A stretch of DNA of 64,000 bases from an uncultured Chloroflexia bacterium (lineage in GTDB: Bacteria; Chloroflexota; Anaerolineae; B4-G1; SLSP01): assembly GCA_963751345.1 (NCBI GenBank), contig CAVVUS010000044.1, positions 32,001 through 96,000 of the forward strand. The letters run 5' to 3'. Of the stretch, positions 29,702 to 40,036 are shown in pieces. The notes beneath the pieces were generated by a model, which was given only the letters and a program-made list of their open reading frames with translations, did no database searches and was not told the origin of the DNA. Numbering within the stretch: the first letter of the stretch is position 1; each line of letters opens with the position of its first letter. The translations under genes and the position numbers were made by a program.

Positions 29702-31568
29702 TCAGTAGACGACATCCATTCCACAGGTATCCGGGTTGCCAGAGCACCGAAACCGAAGCTCGTACCGGTGCCCCTTGTCGTCGATCAGATAGAGCGGTTC
29801 CGCGTGCTGCAGCGCTGCCCCGGCTTGCGGACACCATCCGAGCTCTTCCTTGATGCAGTAACGGGTCGTCATAACGACCCGCCCACGCATGTCGAGGCCC
29901 GATTCTGCGGCAGGCTCGATCTCGGTCACGCCGTGGCGACGATAGAAGTCCGCTGCTCTCTCATTCAGGACGTTGCCGCGGAACGTGAGTGTGCGTTCGG
30001 GGTAGGAGGCGTTGCTGGGCTCGGCGCGCCCTGCCATCACCGGCCGGTTAGTTTCACGGACAGCCGCCAGTCGCTCCAGCGCGTCGCGGCGCGCCTCGTT
30101 GAGTGCCGAGAAGCTGAGGAAACACGGCTCAGACCACGCAAGCGTGACGGACTCGCAGCGGTAGGGTGTGCCTCCGGTCTTCGCGAGTTGCTTCCGGGCG
30201 GTCTCCTCGGCTTGATCCGGCTTGCGGGCGATGACTTTTTCTCCGGCTAGCGACACTGTGGCGAGGTTGCCGTCCTCGTCCTCGACCTGCAGTCTCAGGC
30301 CGGTCGGCATTTCTCGCAAGGGTGAAATGCACTCCGATGGTGCGCTCAGGCCGTGCCTCCTCGATCTTGCGGAAGAAGTCGTGATCGTGGTTGCGATAGA
30401 TGCGTAGGCCTGCGCGAATGCCGTCCATGGTGTTGGGCGTCACGATGAGCGCCTGCCCTCTGCGTTGGCTGCCGTTCACGAGCGTCCCGGCCAGCTTGGC
30501 ATCGGCGCCGAAGAAGGCGAGGCCGTCTCCGTTGTGAAGCTCGACGTCGGTGTTCAGCCGGAAGTGTCGATCGTCAACCGCTGTCACAGACCCTATGAGT
30601 TCGCCCAGCATCTTGGGGGTCTCGATGGAGCCCGGCGATTCCTCTCGCCCGTGGAGGAAGTACGACGTGAAGCCTCGGTTGAAGGTCTTGTCGACGTCTG
30701 GCGACAACGCCCACCGGCTCATGCCCGACGAACTCCGGCGCAGGCCACGGCTCTGCATCTGGCGGTCGAGGGCCCGGCGATAGGCGCTGACGACATTGGT
30801 GACGTAGGCAGCGTCCTTGAGCCGCCCCTCGATCTTGAACGAGGACACGCCGGCATCGAGCATCTCGCCCAGGTCCTCCATCCGGTTCATATCGCGTAGT
30901 GATAGAAGATGGCGATCCCGGACCAGCACGTGTCCTTGGGCATCGGCGAGGTGATAGCTCCGCCGGCATGGTTGCGCGCAATCCCCGCGATTGCCGCTAC
31001 GGCCGCCCACGGCGTAGCTCATATAGCATTGGCCGCTGTAGCTGACGCACAGCGCTCCGTGCACGAAGGCCTCCAGCTCGATGGACTCTGTCGCGTCGCG
31101 AATGGCCCGGATCTCATCAAGCGTCAGCTCGCGGGCGAGGATGGCGCGGCGAAAGCCGACTTGCTCCAGGAACCGAACGCGCTCGGGCGTCGCGTTGTGC
31201 ATTTGGGTGCTGGCGATAAGGGAGATGGGGGGCAGGTCGCATTCGAGCAAGCCGACGTCCTGGACGATGACGGCGTCGACGCCGATGCGGTGGAGATCGC
31301 GGATGAGTTCAACCGCCGCGGGTAGCTCGTCGTCGTAGAGCAGCGTGTTGACCGTGACGTACACTCGCGCCCAATAGATGTGGGCGTAGGCGACCAGGGC
31401 CGCGATATCGTCGAGGTCGTTGCCCGCCCTGGTGCGGGCGCCAAAGCGCGGCGCGCCGATGTAGACGGCGTCGGCGCCCGCGTCGATGGCGGCTTTGCCG
31501 CAGACGAGGTCGCGGGCGGGCGCAAGAAGCTCAGTTGCCTACATCACTTGGTTCTCGGTACTCGTCAT
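29702..31568 (-). CDS. U32 family protein (RlhA-like, long form); in-frame TAG at codon 10 and frameshift ~30320
   Basis: ELLAPA, GADAVYIG, FVHGALCVSYSGQC, NRGDCAQPCR, FKIEGRLK; C-terminal 'QLAKTGGT..MTTRYC'. Confidence 0.88.
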
Positions 31569-31611
31569 TGATAGGGTGCATGCTATCAGGGGACGGGCGT
31601 GGGGTCAATGG

Positions 31612-32692
31612 TCAGTCCCCAAGGTTGACGGTCAGGCTCTCAGGCGTGAGCTTGTCCCACGCGCCGCGCTCAGGGCCAAGGTACCAGACACCGCCGTCGA
31701 GGGCGAGTAGGTAGGTTCCGTTGTACTTGTAGCGCGTCGTGCGTTGGAGCGCGGTGGTGTAGCCTTGCTCGCCATCGGTAGCCCACCCGAGCCGGTCACG
31801 CACGCCGGGCTCGTCGCGCCAGACAAGGCCAAAGCCACGGATCGGCTGCTGCAGCCCCTCCGGCGGCTGAAGCTCCGGGTCGCGGTCGGGCATGCCCTCC
31901 TGCCAGCGGTCCTCGAAACGCGTCCACCTGGTGGTGATCCCCACATCGTCGAAAAGCACGTAGACCACGTCCTCGGCGCCAACCCACACCATCGTCCCGT
32001 GCTCGAAGTGCTGCTCCGCGGCCTCACTGATCAGGACAGGTGTAGGGACAGATGTCCTCCGGATCCGGGGCGAAGAACCAGGCGTCGGGGCACCGCAGGA
32101 GGACGGTGACTCCAGCATAGGCTGATCGGTTGTCATCGTCCCAGATGTAGAGCAGGAAGTCTACCCAGTTCCGATCGGCCTGGGGTATCCGGTAGTCTGT
32201 GGATCCGTTCGGAGGCACGGGCAGCCCATCGGCAGGGAGCTGGCCACTTGCCATCAACTTGTAGAGTACCGCGCCGGTTGCTCCGGTGGTCTGCCACGTC
32301 AGTGTGATGTCGTCCCCGGGATCTGCAGTGTCGACGTCAGCGCGAAAGCTTCCGATTGTGGGCCCCGGAACCTCGGATGGGAGGGGCGTTGGCGTGGATG
32401 GGAGCACCGACCGTGTCGGGGTCGCCGTGGGCTTCGGTGTGGCAGTCCGACGTTGGGTGGGCCTCACCGTCGGGGACGGGGGCCGGCTCGTCGCTGTCGG
32501 GTGTGGCGTGGGAGTCGAGCTTGCGACGGCCGTCGGCTTGGGGTGCGATGTAGCCGACGGCGTGAGGTACGGTGTAGCAGGCGGATGGCGACAGCCGATC
32601 GTCAGGGCAAGGACTAGAGAGAACGGAGCCACGAGTGTACTCCAACGGCGCGCTGCCCGTTTCTGTGGAGACTGCGCCGGACGCTCGCTCAT
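31612..32692 (-). CDS. Pro/Thr-rich putative lipoprotein (frameshift ~32045)
   Basis: LTIGC lipobox, PT linker, C-terminal 'QHFEHGTMVW..PIRGFGLVW..LGWA' domain. Confidence 0.7.
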
Positions 32693-32735
32693 AGACCTCT
32701 CTCCGGCATTACCTCGGTGCGTGCCTCGGGTAGCC

Positions 32736-33263
32736 CTAGGTCCCGCGGCCGGCGTAGCTTCGCCCGATGGCCCACGCCAGGATCTCAGGCTCGCGGGCTG
32801 CCGTCGTGCAGAGCCGGCAGGGGTCCGGTCGGATGCCTACGCGGCCGAGATCGAGGCGATCGGCGTCCCAACAAGTGCAGATCGTGACGTCGGGATGGTG
32901 CGTGCCGTCCGTGTGGTGCGCGCAGGCATAGGCAAGCACCTCGAAGTCCGCATCGTCCAGATCGATGAGGTGACGCACAGTGGAGCGGGCCCAATCCGCG
33001 GCCCGCGCACCGTGCTGGGGGTCGTGGCCGTCGTTTTGGCGTCTGATGTCGTGGATGAAGGCGAATAGCTTGATGACCCTGGGATTGGCTCCGGTGACTC
33101 CGGCAAGGCGGAGGCCGTTATCACGTACGCGTTGCCAATGGGCGAGGCCGTGGATGCCGTGCCAGTCGAGGGCGTAGACTTCGTGCAACGCTGCCCATAG
33201 CTTCTCCGGGATCAAGTCTCGACGCGTATCCGGCGATTGCCCCATCGGGGTCTCATCGGTCAC
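32736..33263 (-). CDS. HD-domain phosphohydrolase
   Basis: HGLAHWQRV, FIHD, HG, HT, CWDADRLDL; promoter TTGACA-N16-TAGACT at 33324-33297. Confidence 0.85.
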   Translation of the reverse strand: MTDETPMGQSPDTRRDLIPEKLWAALHEVYALDWHGIHGLAHWQRVRDNGLRLAGVTGANPRVIKLFAFIHDIRRQNDGHDPQHGARAADWARSTVRHLIDLDDADFEVLAYACAHHTDGTHHPDVTICTCWDADRLDLGRVGIRPDPCRLCTTAAREPEILAWAIGRSYAGRGT

Positions 33264-33392
33264 TCAACGTCTCCTTGGTTGTGGGTCTGTACTCCCAGTC
33301 TACCTGCGCCGTGTTGGCTGTCAAACATATGAGGCGCCACACTCTGTTGTCCCATCGAGTTCCCTTCGCTCGCCGCGTGTCCACGTACAGCA

Positions 33393-33434
33393 AGCCGGGC
33401 CCCCTGGAGTCGACAGACTCCGGGGGGCCCGGCT
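33393..33434 (-). terminator. Long stem-loop after fusA
   Basis: Plus strand AGCCGGGCCCCCTGGAGTC-GACA-GACTCCGGGGGGCCCGGCT. Confidence 0.7.
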
Positions 33435-33455
33435 AGATATCAGATGCGAAGTGAC

Positions 33456-35564
33456 TTAGCTGACCGCCACGGCCTGTGCGAGACGTTCACGATTTGCCTC
33501 GATGACGCCCTGGGCCAGGTCGTCCGACAGCACCTCATACCGCTTGAACTCCAGGCTGAAGGTCCCGCGGCCCTGCGTGAGACTGCGCAGCTCGGTCGCG
33601 TAACCTCTGGCCTCGGCCAGAGGTACCTCACCATCCACGTTGCGGTAGTTGCCGCGCACGCGCATATCGTGCATGATGCCACGGCGCCGTCCGATGTCGG
33701 CCACGACGCCACCGAGATGTTCCTCCGGAACGTTGATGTCGAGGCCCATAATCGGCTCCATCAAGGCTGGGGCTGCTTTCCGGATAGCCTCCTTGACGGC
33801 CATGCTCCCGGCGATCTCGAAGTCAATCGATGCCGAGTCGACCTCGTGGTAATCGCCATCCAGGAGTATGACCCGGATGTCGGTGACGGGGTATCCGGCG
33901 ACGACGCCCTCCTCGAGGGCCCGGCGCACGCCCATCTCCACCGGTCGCACGAACTCGCGAGGCAGATCCGCACCCGAGGACTGGTTTTCGAAGACCACGC
34001 CGCCTTCGTCATCGGCCATTGGCTCCACTCGCAGCTCAATCTTGGCGTAATGGCCATGGCCGCCCGACTGCTTCCGATAGGTCGTGACGACCTGTCCGGG
34101 GTGTTGCACAGTCTCCCGATACGAGACCTGGGGCAAGCTGACCTTTGGCGACAGTCCGAATTCCCTGCGGAGCCGCTCGACCGCGACTTCCAGGTGTAGC
34201 TCGCCCATGCCCGAAAGCGTGAGCTCGCTCGTCTCGGAGATCACCTTCCATATGAGCGTGGGGTCCTCATCGCAGAGCCGCCGCACAGCGGCGTAGAGCT
34301 TGTCCCTCTCATTGTTGGAGCTCGGCGCAAGCGCCACCGAGATGACGGGCTCCGGGAAATCGAACAACTCCAGAAGGATGGGATCACCCGGATCACAGAG
34401 CGTGTCTCCGGTGACTGCCGATTTCATCCCGACGAGGGCAACGACGTCGCTGGCTCCCATCGACTCGGCCTGCTCGCGATGATTGGCCTGCATCCGGTAG
34501 ATTCGACCGACGCGCTCGTTCTCGCCCGTCCGCGGGTTGTAGATTACCTCGCCGGCTGCGACTTTGCCTGAGAAGACGCGCACCCATGTCAGGTGCCCGA
34601 CGTAGGGATCGACCATAATCTTGAAGGCCGACGCGCAGAACGGCACGTCAAATGAGCTCGGCCGCTCAAGTATCTCGTCCTCTGCGTTGGGGCGGTGACC
34701 CTTGGTCGGTGGCAGATCCACCGGCGACGGCAAGTAATCAACCACGGCATCCAGCAGCGGCTGAACGGCGATGCGCTGCTTGGAAGCACCACAGAGCACC
34801 GGAACGATCGTACCGTCGATGGTTGCCTTCCGCAAGGCCGCCTGAAGCGCAGCGTGGTCCGGCACGTCCCCGTCCAGGCGCTGCACCAACAGATCGTCGT
34901 CAGTCTCGCAGATGCTATCGATCAGGGCCTCGCGTGCGACCCGGACCTCATCGCGCATCTCGTCGGGAACCGACGTGACAGTGAAGGCCCCGTCCTCCTC
35001 ACCCCAGATCAGGGCCTGTTCGGTGAGCAGGTCGACGACGCCTCGGAACGTGTCCTCGATGCCGATCGGAAGCTGTATGGGCAGTGCACGCGGCGTGAGC
35101 CGCTCATGGATATCCCTAAGGACCCGGTCGAAGTCGGCGCCGGTGCGGTCGAGCTTGTTGACGTAGATAAGGCGCGAGAGCTTCTGGTGGTCTGCGTGTG
35201 CCCACACGGCCTCCGTCTGCGGCTCAACGCCGCCTACACCGCATAGGATCATCACCGCGCCATCGATGACGCGAATCGAGCGCACCACCTCGGCTGTGAA
35301 GTCGATGTGGCCCGGCGTATCGATCAGGTTGATGCGATGGTCGCGCCAATGACAAGCCGTCGCGGCCGACATAATCGTGATGCCGCGCTCGCGCTCCTGA
35401 TCCATCCAGTCGAGCTGGGTGTCACCGGCATCAATGTCGCCGGCTCGATGGATCCGGCCCGTATAGTACAGAATCGCCTCCGACGTCGTCGTCTTCCCGG
35501 CGTCCACGTGGGCGAAAATGCCTATGATTCTTACGTCAGATATCGGTGCTTCTTTCCTCGCCAT
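33456..35564 (-). CDS. fusA: Elongation factor G (stand-alone copy outside the str operon)
   Basis: AHVDAGKTT, RGITI, DTPGH, NKLD, GMGELHLE, KQSGGHG, HEVDS, LRSLTQGR. Confidence 0.96.
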   Translation of the reverse strand: MARKEAPISDVRIIGIFAHVDAGKTTTSEAILYYTGRIHRAGDIDAGDTQLDWMDQERERGITIMSAATACHWRDHRINLIDTPGHIDFTAEVVRSIRVIDGAVMILCGVGGVEPQTEAVWAHADHQKLSRLIYVNKLDRTGADFDRVLRDIHERLTPRALPIQLPIGIEDTFRGVVDLLTEQALIWGEEDGAFTVTSVPDEMRDEVRVAREALIDSICETDDDLLVQRLDGDVPDHAALQAALRKATIDGTIVPVLCGASKQRIAVQPLLDAVVDYLPSPVDLPPTKGHRPNAEDEILERPSSFDVPFCASAFKIMVDPYVGHLTWVRVFSGKVAAGEVIYNPRTGENERVGRIYRMQANHREQAESMGASDVVALVGMKSAVTGDTLCDPGDPILLELFDFPEPVISVALAPSSNNERDKLYAAVRRLCDEDPTLIWKVISETSELTLSGMGELHLEVAVERLRREFGLSPKVSLPQVSYRETVQHPGQVVTTYRKQSGGHGHYAKIELRVEPMADDEGGVVFENQSSGADLPREFVRPVEMGVRRALEEGVVAGYPVTDIRVILLDGDYHEVDSASIDFEIAGSMAVKEAIRKAAPALMEPIMGLDINVPEEHLGGVVADIGRRRGIMHDMRVRGNYRNVDGEVPLAEARGYATELRSLTQGRGTFSLEFKRYEVLSDDLAQGVIEANRERLAQAVAVS

Positions 35565-35724
35565 GTGTTACTCCTCAACCCCTCATTTCACAACATAAGC
35601 GGCGGTCAACGAAGCTTGGCCGCCGCCCGTTCAGTTCCCGCTTACACAATATCGTCGCCTAGCAGGCAGCAAAAGGACCTCGCCAAGGTACACGCGAGGC
35701 CCCACGCATAGTTAACGAGCCAAC

Positions 35725-35752
35725 ATTATAGCGTAACGGTGGGTTCTGTCAA
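35725..35752 (-). promoter_or_regulatory. Consensus promoter of fusA with ~155-nt structured leader
   Basis: TTGACA-N16-TATAAT. Confidence 0.85.
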
Positions 35753-35783
35753 GTTTCCGACGCGATATTTCACCGCTGCTGCA

Positions 35784-36759
35784 TTAGCCGGCAATCAGGC
35801 CTGCCTCCGCCACGCCCGGAGTCCGGGGTGGGGGCGCGAGCTCCTGTGCAGGTGCAGGCAGCCAGACGGAAAAAGTGGTGTTCGTATCAGCGCTTTCGAA
35901 AGTGATCTGGCCCCCGTGGGCGTTTACAATCCCCACGAGCGCTTCCACGCCGACGAGCCGCTCGGCTGCTGCGTTGGCATCAACGATGCGGCCCCTGGCA
36001 TCCAGACACGACAACACCATCCTGGATGCCCTCCACGATCCGGTCGCGCGCGACCGGTACGAGATCGAAGAGCTGCAATCGGCTGAAGCTATAAGAGAGG
36101 ATGAGACCGGTTAGCGCGAAGGCAACGGGCGACGGATCGCCGCTTCTGAAGAACTGAGGGTCCACCGCATAGATTGCATTACAAATCACGGGCGGAAAGA
36201 GGCTGACCAGAATGGCAATGGACTGGCTGCGGTAGATATGCCTCAGTCGAATTGCATCTGTCGCGAGCAGAACTGCAGCAATCGCGACCACCGTGTAGAC
36301 GTGGACGGCCATGACCCACCACATCGCGCCGTGACCGTAGTCGAGCACACGATGGGTGCTGTCGCGGAAGGTGAGGCTCGACCATATCAGACCGTGGGAG
36401 CCATTGGTGAACGCAAGCACTAACGAGACTGCGGGCACCGACCAGAGCGCGAAAAGCGCTACGGGTGACTTGAGAAGACGATTGTGGCGCGTGAATGCAG
36501 AGGCAAAGTACAGTAGGAAGGGACCGCAGGTCAGCGTGCCGAGGTAGGCGACCTGCGACCAAAGGACCTTCAGTGGGATGGTGACAGCATTTGCCTCAAA
36601 GACGCAGGCTGTCGCCCACTCAGTAACAGCCAGCATCGTCAGGGCAAGCGCCAGTCCGCCGGGACGATCCCGGTGGCGGTAGGCGACCAGCGCGACTCTC
36701 AGCGCGACAATCGTCGCGACAGTCAGGCCGATGCCATACGGGGTAATCTGCCAATCCAT
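35784..36759 (-). pseudogene. HisKA_7TM sensor kinase with internal deletion
   Basis: 7TM N-terminus, PVARD, start of PAS (LDARGRIVDANAAA), then a direct jump to the HATPase tail (IVNAHGGQITFES..TTFSVWLP). Confidence 0.75.
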
Positions 36760-36899
36760 TGTGGTCGCTGTCCGATCCGGATCGTATGATAACCCAGTTG
36801 GTCGCAACCTCAAGGTGCCCGCGCTCCCAGATGCTTGACTCCCCCTAACATAGGTGCGCTCGAGTTCCCGCTTGCGGTTTCGCAGCGTCCCATAGGGGG

Positions 36900-36928
36900 T
36901 TGACACGGATTCGCAGGTGCGGTACAAT
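36900..36928 (+). promoter_or_regulatory. Promoter of the HTH-MFS operon
   Basis: TTGACA-N17-TACAAT, followed by an AT-rich imperfect palindrome (possible operator). Confidence 0.7.
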
Positions 36929-36975
36929 CATTGTGATCGTAAAAAATATCTTTAGCGTTGCATAGAAGGTGAATC

Positions 36976-37668
36976 ATGACCGAGTCCGATATGGGACCAA
37001 CCGATGGCGGCGCGTGGCGGCCCGCTCGAATGTTTGAAATCCGCGACCTGGAGACGCTCAAGGTCATCGCAGATTCGCTGAGGACGCGCATCTTCGAACA
37101 ACTGATCGAAGAACCCCGGACCGTCAAGGAGGTCGCGTCGCGACTGGGTCTCGCCCCCAGCCGTCTCTACTATCACGTGTCGCTCCTTGAGGAATATGGC
37201 TTTATCCGCATCGTCGAGCAGCGCCTGGTCGGCAATCTGGTCGAGAAGGTCTACCGAGCCGTCGCTTCCGAGCTGGAGATAGCGCCCGAGCTGCTGTCGT
37301 TCGAGGCACCTGCTCGTATGGAGCGCATCAATATGCTGGCGATGTCGACGCTGGACGTCACCCGTGACGATCTGGCGCGTAGCCTGGAGGCGCGTGCTGT
37401 CGCCCTCGATGCCGGTGCGCCACAACGTCCGCGGTCGATTGTCGTGACCCGGGAGACCCATCGCATCCCAGAGTCGAAAGCCGACGAGTTTCGGGCCAAG
37501 CTGAAAGTGTTGTCCGACGAGTTCGACAGCTATACGGTCTCCGAGGCCGGGGACGACGAGGAAACGCATACGTATGCATTCACGGTGGCGTTCTATCCTC
37601 ACTTTGATTATCCCGGTGATGTGGATGAAGAGGGAGATGTGCCCGAAAGGTCGGAGGGCGAGCGATGA
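36976..37668 (+). CDS. ArsR-like (HTH_20) transcriptional regulator
   Basis: LKVIADSLRTRI..TVKEVA..LYYHVSLLEEYG..EKVYRA. Confidence 0.88.
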   Translation: MTESDMGPTDGGAWRPARMFEIRDLETLKVIADSLRTRIFEQLIEEPRTVKEVASRLGLAPSRLYYHVSLLEEYGFIRIVEQRLVGNLVEKVYRAVASELEIAPELLSFEAPARMERINMLAMSTLDVTRDDLARSLEARAVALDAGAPQRPRSIVVTRETHRIPESKADEFRAKLKVLSDEFDSYTVSEAGDDEETHTYAFTVAFYPHFDYPGDVDEEGDVPERSEGER

Positions 37669-39037
37669 GCCAAGTAGGGCAGGCGGTGTCACAGCGGCGA
37701 GACTCGGGTATGAAGTCCTTCTTCATCATCTGGGTGGGGCAGGTGATCTCGATCGTCGGGTCGGGGCTTACGGGGTTCGCCTTGGGCGTCTGGATGTTCG
37801 AGCGAACCGGCCAAGCGACGCCATTCGCCCTGACCGTCCTCTTTTCGAATTTGCCCGGGATCCTGCTGGCGCCGTTTGCGGGCTCGATCGCCGACCGGTG
37901 GAACCGGCGATGGTTGATGATCTTGTCCGACAGTGGCGACGCGTTGGTCACGCTCTGTGCCGTGATCCTGGTGGCCACAGGGCGTCTGGAGGTGTGGCAC
38001 GTATACGCCATTGCTACCTTGAGCAGCGCGTTTGCTGCCTTCCAAGAGCCCGCCTATATGGCCTCCATCACGATGCTGGTGCCCAAGGAGAACCTGAGCC
38101 GGGCGAACGGCCTGGTACAGACGGCCCAGGCTGTGCAGGTGTTGATCTCCCCGCTGCTCGCCGGCGCGTTGTTTGGCATTGTGGGGATGCGCGGTATCTT
38201 CGCGATCGACTTCGTAACCTACTTCTTCGCGGTCGGCGCTCTTTTCCTCGTGACGATTCCCCAGCCCAAGGGCTACAACAGACGAAGGGGAGGCCGAAGG
38301 TGGCACGTCGCGCAGTATCTTCTATGGTTGGCGGTATCTGCGGGCGAGGCCGGGCCTGTTCGGGTTGCTGCTCTACTTCGCACTCGTCAATTTCCTGCTC
38401 GCTTTCTCCTCGGTCTTGACGGGGCCGCTCGTGCTCTCGTTCAGCAACGCGGTCACGCTGGGCGCCGTCCAGACTGCATCGGGCGTCGGCATGATGCTGG
38501 GGAGCGTGGCGATCAGCTCGTGGGGTGGGCCACGCCGGCGGGTCGTCGGCGTGGTGGGTGCCATCGCACTGGCGTCGGTGGGAATCGTGACGATGGGACT
38601 GCGTCCGTCGGGTGCGCTGGTGGGAGCGGGGATGGGGCTCTTCCTCTTCTGCATCCCGATTGCTTCGGGGTGCAGCCAGGCAATCTTCCAGTCGAAGGTC
38701 GCGCCCGGACGTACAGGGTCGCGTCTTCGCCGTGCGGAGCATGATCGCGCGGTCCATCTCGCCGATCGCCTATCTTCTCGCCGGTCCCTTGGCCGACAAG
38801 GTCTTCCAGCCACTGATGTCAACCGGCAGTCTGCTTGCGGCAGGTCCGGTGGGGAAGATCGTCGGGACGGGACCCGGGCGTGGAATCGGATTGCTCTTTG
38901 TGCTGTCGGGCCTCTCTATGATGACCGCGAGTGCAGGGGCCTGGACCAATCCGCGCATCCGTCACGTGGAGACGGAGCTGCCGGACGCTAAGATCGAAGT
39001 GGAGGACAAGGCGCACGAAGTTGTCCTGAGCGCGTGA
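37665..39037 (+). CDS. MFS efflux transporter, DHA3/macrolide-like (frameshifts ~38300 and ~38710)
   Basis: WVGQVISIVGSGLT, GSIADRWNRR, QGRVFA, GPLAD across three frames. Confidence 0.85.
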
Positions 39038-39122
39038 TAGGGGTAGAATCCCACCGGTCTATATTATTCTGGGACCGTGGATTTGATGGGCCATCACCCT
39101 CTCATTGCAGAAAGGACTTATC

Positions 39123-39998
39123 ATGATCCGCTTTGCCGTAGTGACGGACAGTACATCTAATCTATCACCGGGGTTGGCCGAGGAGGTGGGGATTGAGGTT
39201 ATCCCTCTGACCGTACATTGGGGGGACGAATCATATCTGGATGGGGTGACGCAGGATGCGCCGACGTTTTATCGATGGCTGCGCCAGCGTAAGGACTTTC
39301 CCAAGACCTCTCAGCCCTCCGCAGGGGCCTTTATTGACTTCTTCCAGAAGGTCGCGGAGGAGAAGCAGACGGACACGATTCTCGGCGTCTTCATCTCGGC
39401 CGATATGAGCGGGACGATGGCATCGGCAACCCAGGCCAAGGCTCACCTGGCGGAAGCGCGGCCGGACCTCAGGATCGAGTTGGTGGACTCCCGCTCCGTG
39501 TCGATGGGACTCGGCCTGGTGGCGTTGGTGGCGCAGCGGGCAGCGGAGGCGGGGAAGTCCGTGGAGGAAGCCATTCGCGAGGTGGAGCGCTGCAAGGAGA
39601 ACCTTCATGTGATCTTCGCCGTGGACACGCTCGAATTCCTGCACCGCGGGGGACGGATAGGCGGGGCATCTCGGCTGCTGGGATCGGCGCTGAACCTGAA
39701 ACCCGTGCTCACCATTGAGGATGGCCGTGTCGAACCGCTGGAGAAGGTGCGCAGCCGGGGAAAGTCGCTGCGGCGGGTGATCGAAATCGCCGAAGACCGG
39801 CTCGGCGGACAACGCCCAACGGAGCTTGCGATCATGCAGGCCGAGGCCGACGATGATCTGCCGCGATTCACCGAGATGATAGAGGAACGGCTCAAGCCCA
39901 AGCGACTTTACTCTCGCGTCCTCTCTCCCGTGGTCGGAACGCATGGCGGTCCCGGCACCCTGGGTTTCGCGTTCTATACCGCCGACGTAGAGGAGTAG
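39123..39998 (+). CDS. DegV family fatty-acid-binding protein
   Basis: VTDST, KTSQPS, DSRSVSMG, LHRGGRIG, KPVL, GTHGGPG. Confidence 0.95.
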   Translation: MIRFAVVTDSTSNLSPGLAEEVGIEVIPLTVHWGDESYLDGVTQDAPTFYRWLRQRKDFPKTSQPSAGAFIDFFQKVAEEKQTDTILGVFISADMSGTMASATQAKAHLAEARPDLRIELVDSRSVSMGLGLVALVAQRAAEAGKSVEEAIREVERCKENLHVIFAVDTLEFLHRGGRIGGASRLLGSALNLKPVLTIEDGRVEPLEKVRSRGKSLRRVIEIAEDRLGGQRPTELAIMQAEADDDLPRFTEMIEERLKPKRLYSRVLSPVVGTHGGPGTLGFAFYTADVEE

Positions 39999-40036
39999 AG
40001 CGTTTCCCAAATGTGGCAAGTAGGAGGACGAGATCC

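Noticed and set aside
31539-31541. Pyrrolysine insertion in the U32 gene
   Set aside because: No pyl genes in the window, the position is non-catalytic, and TAG is used as a normal stop in many genes here.
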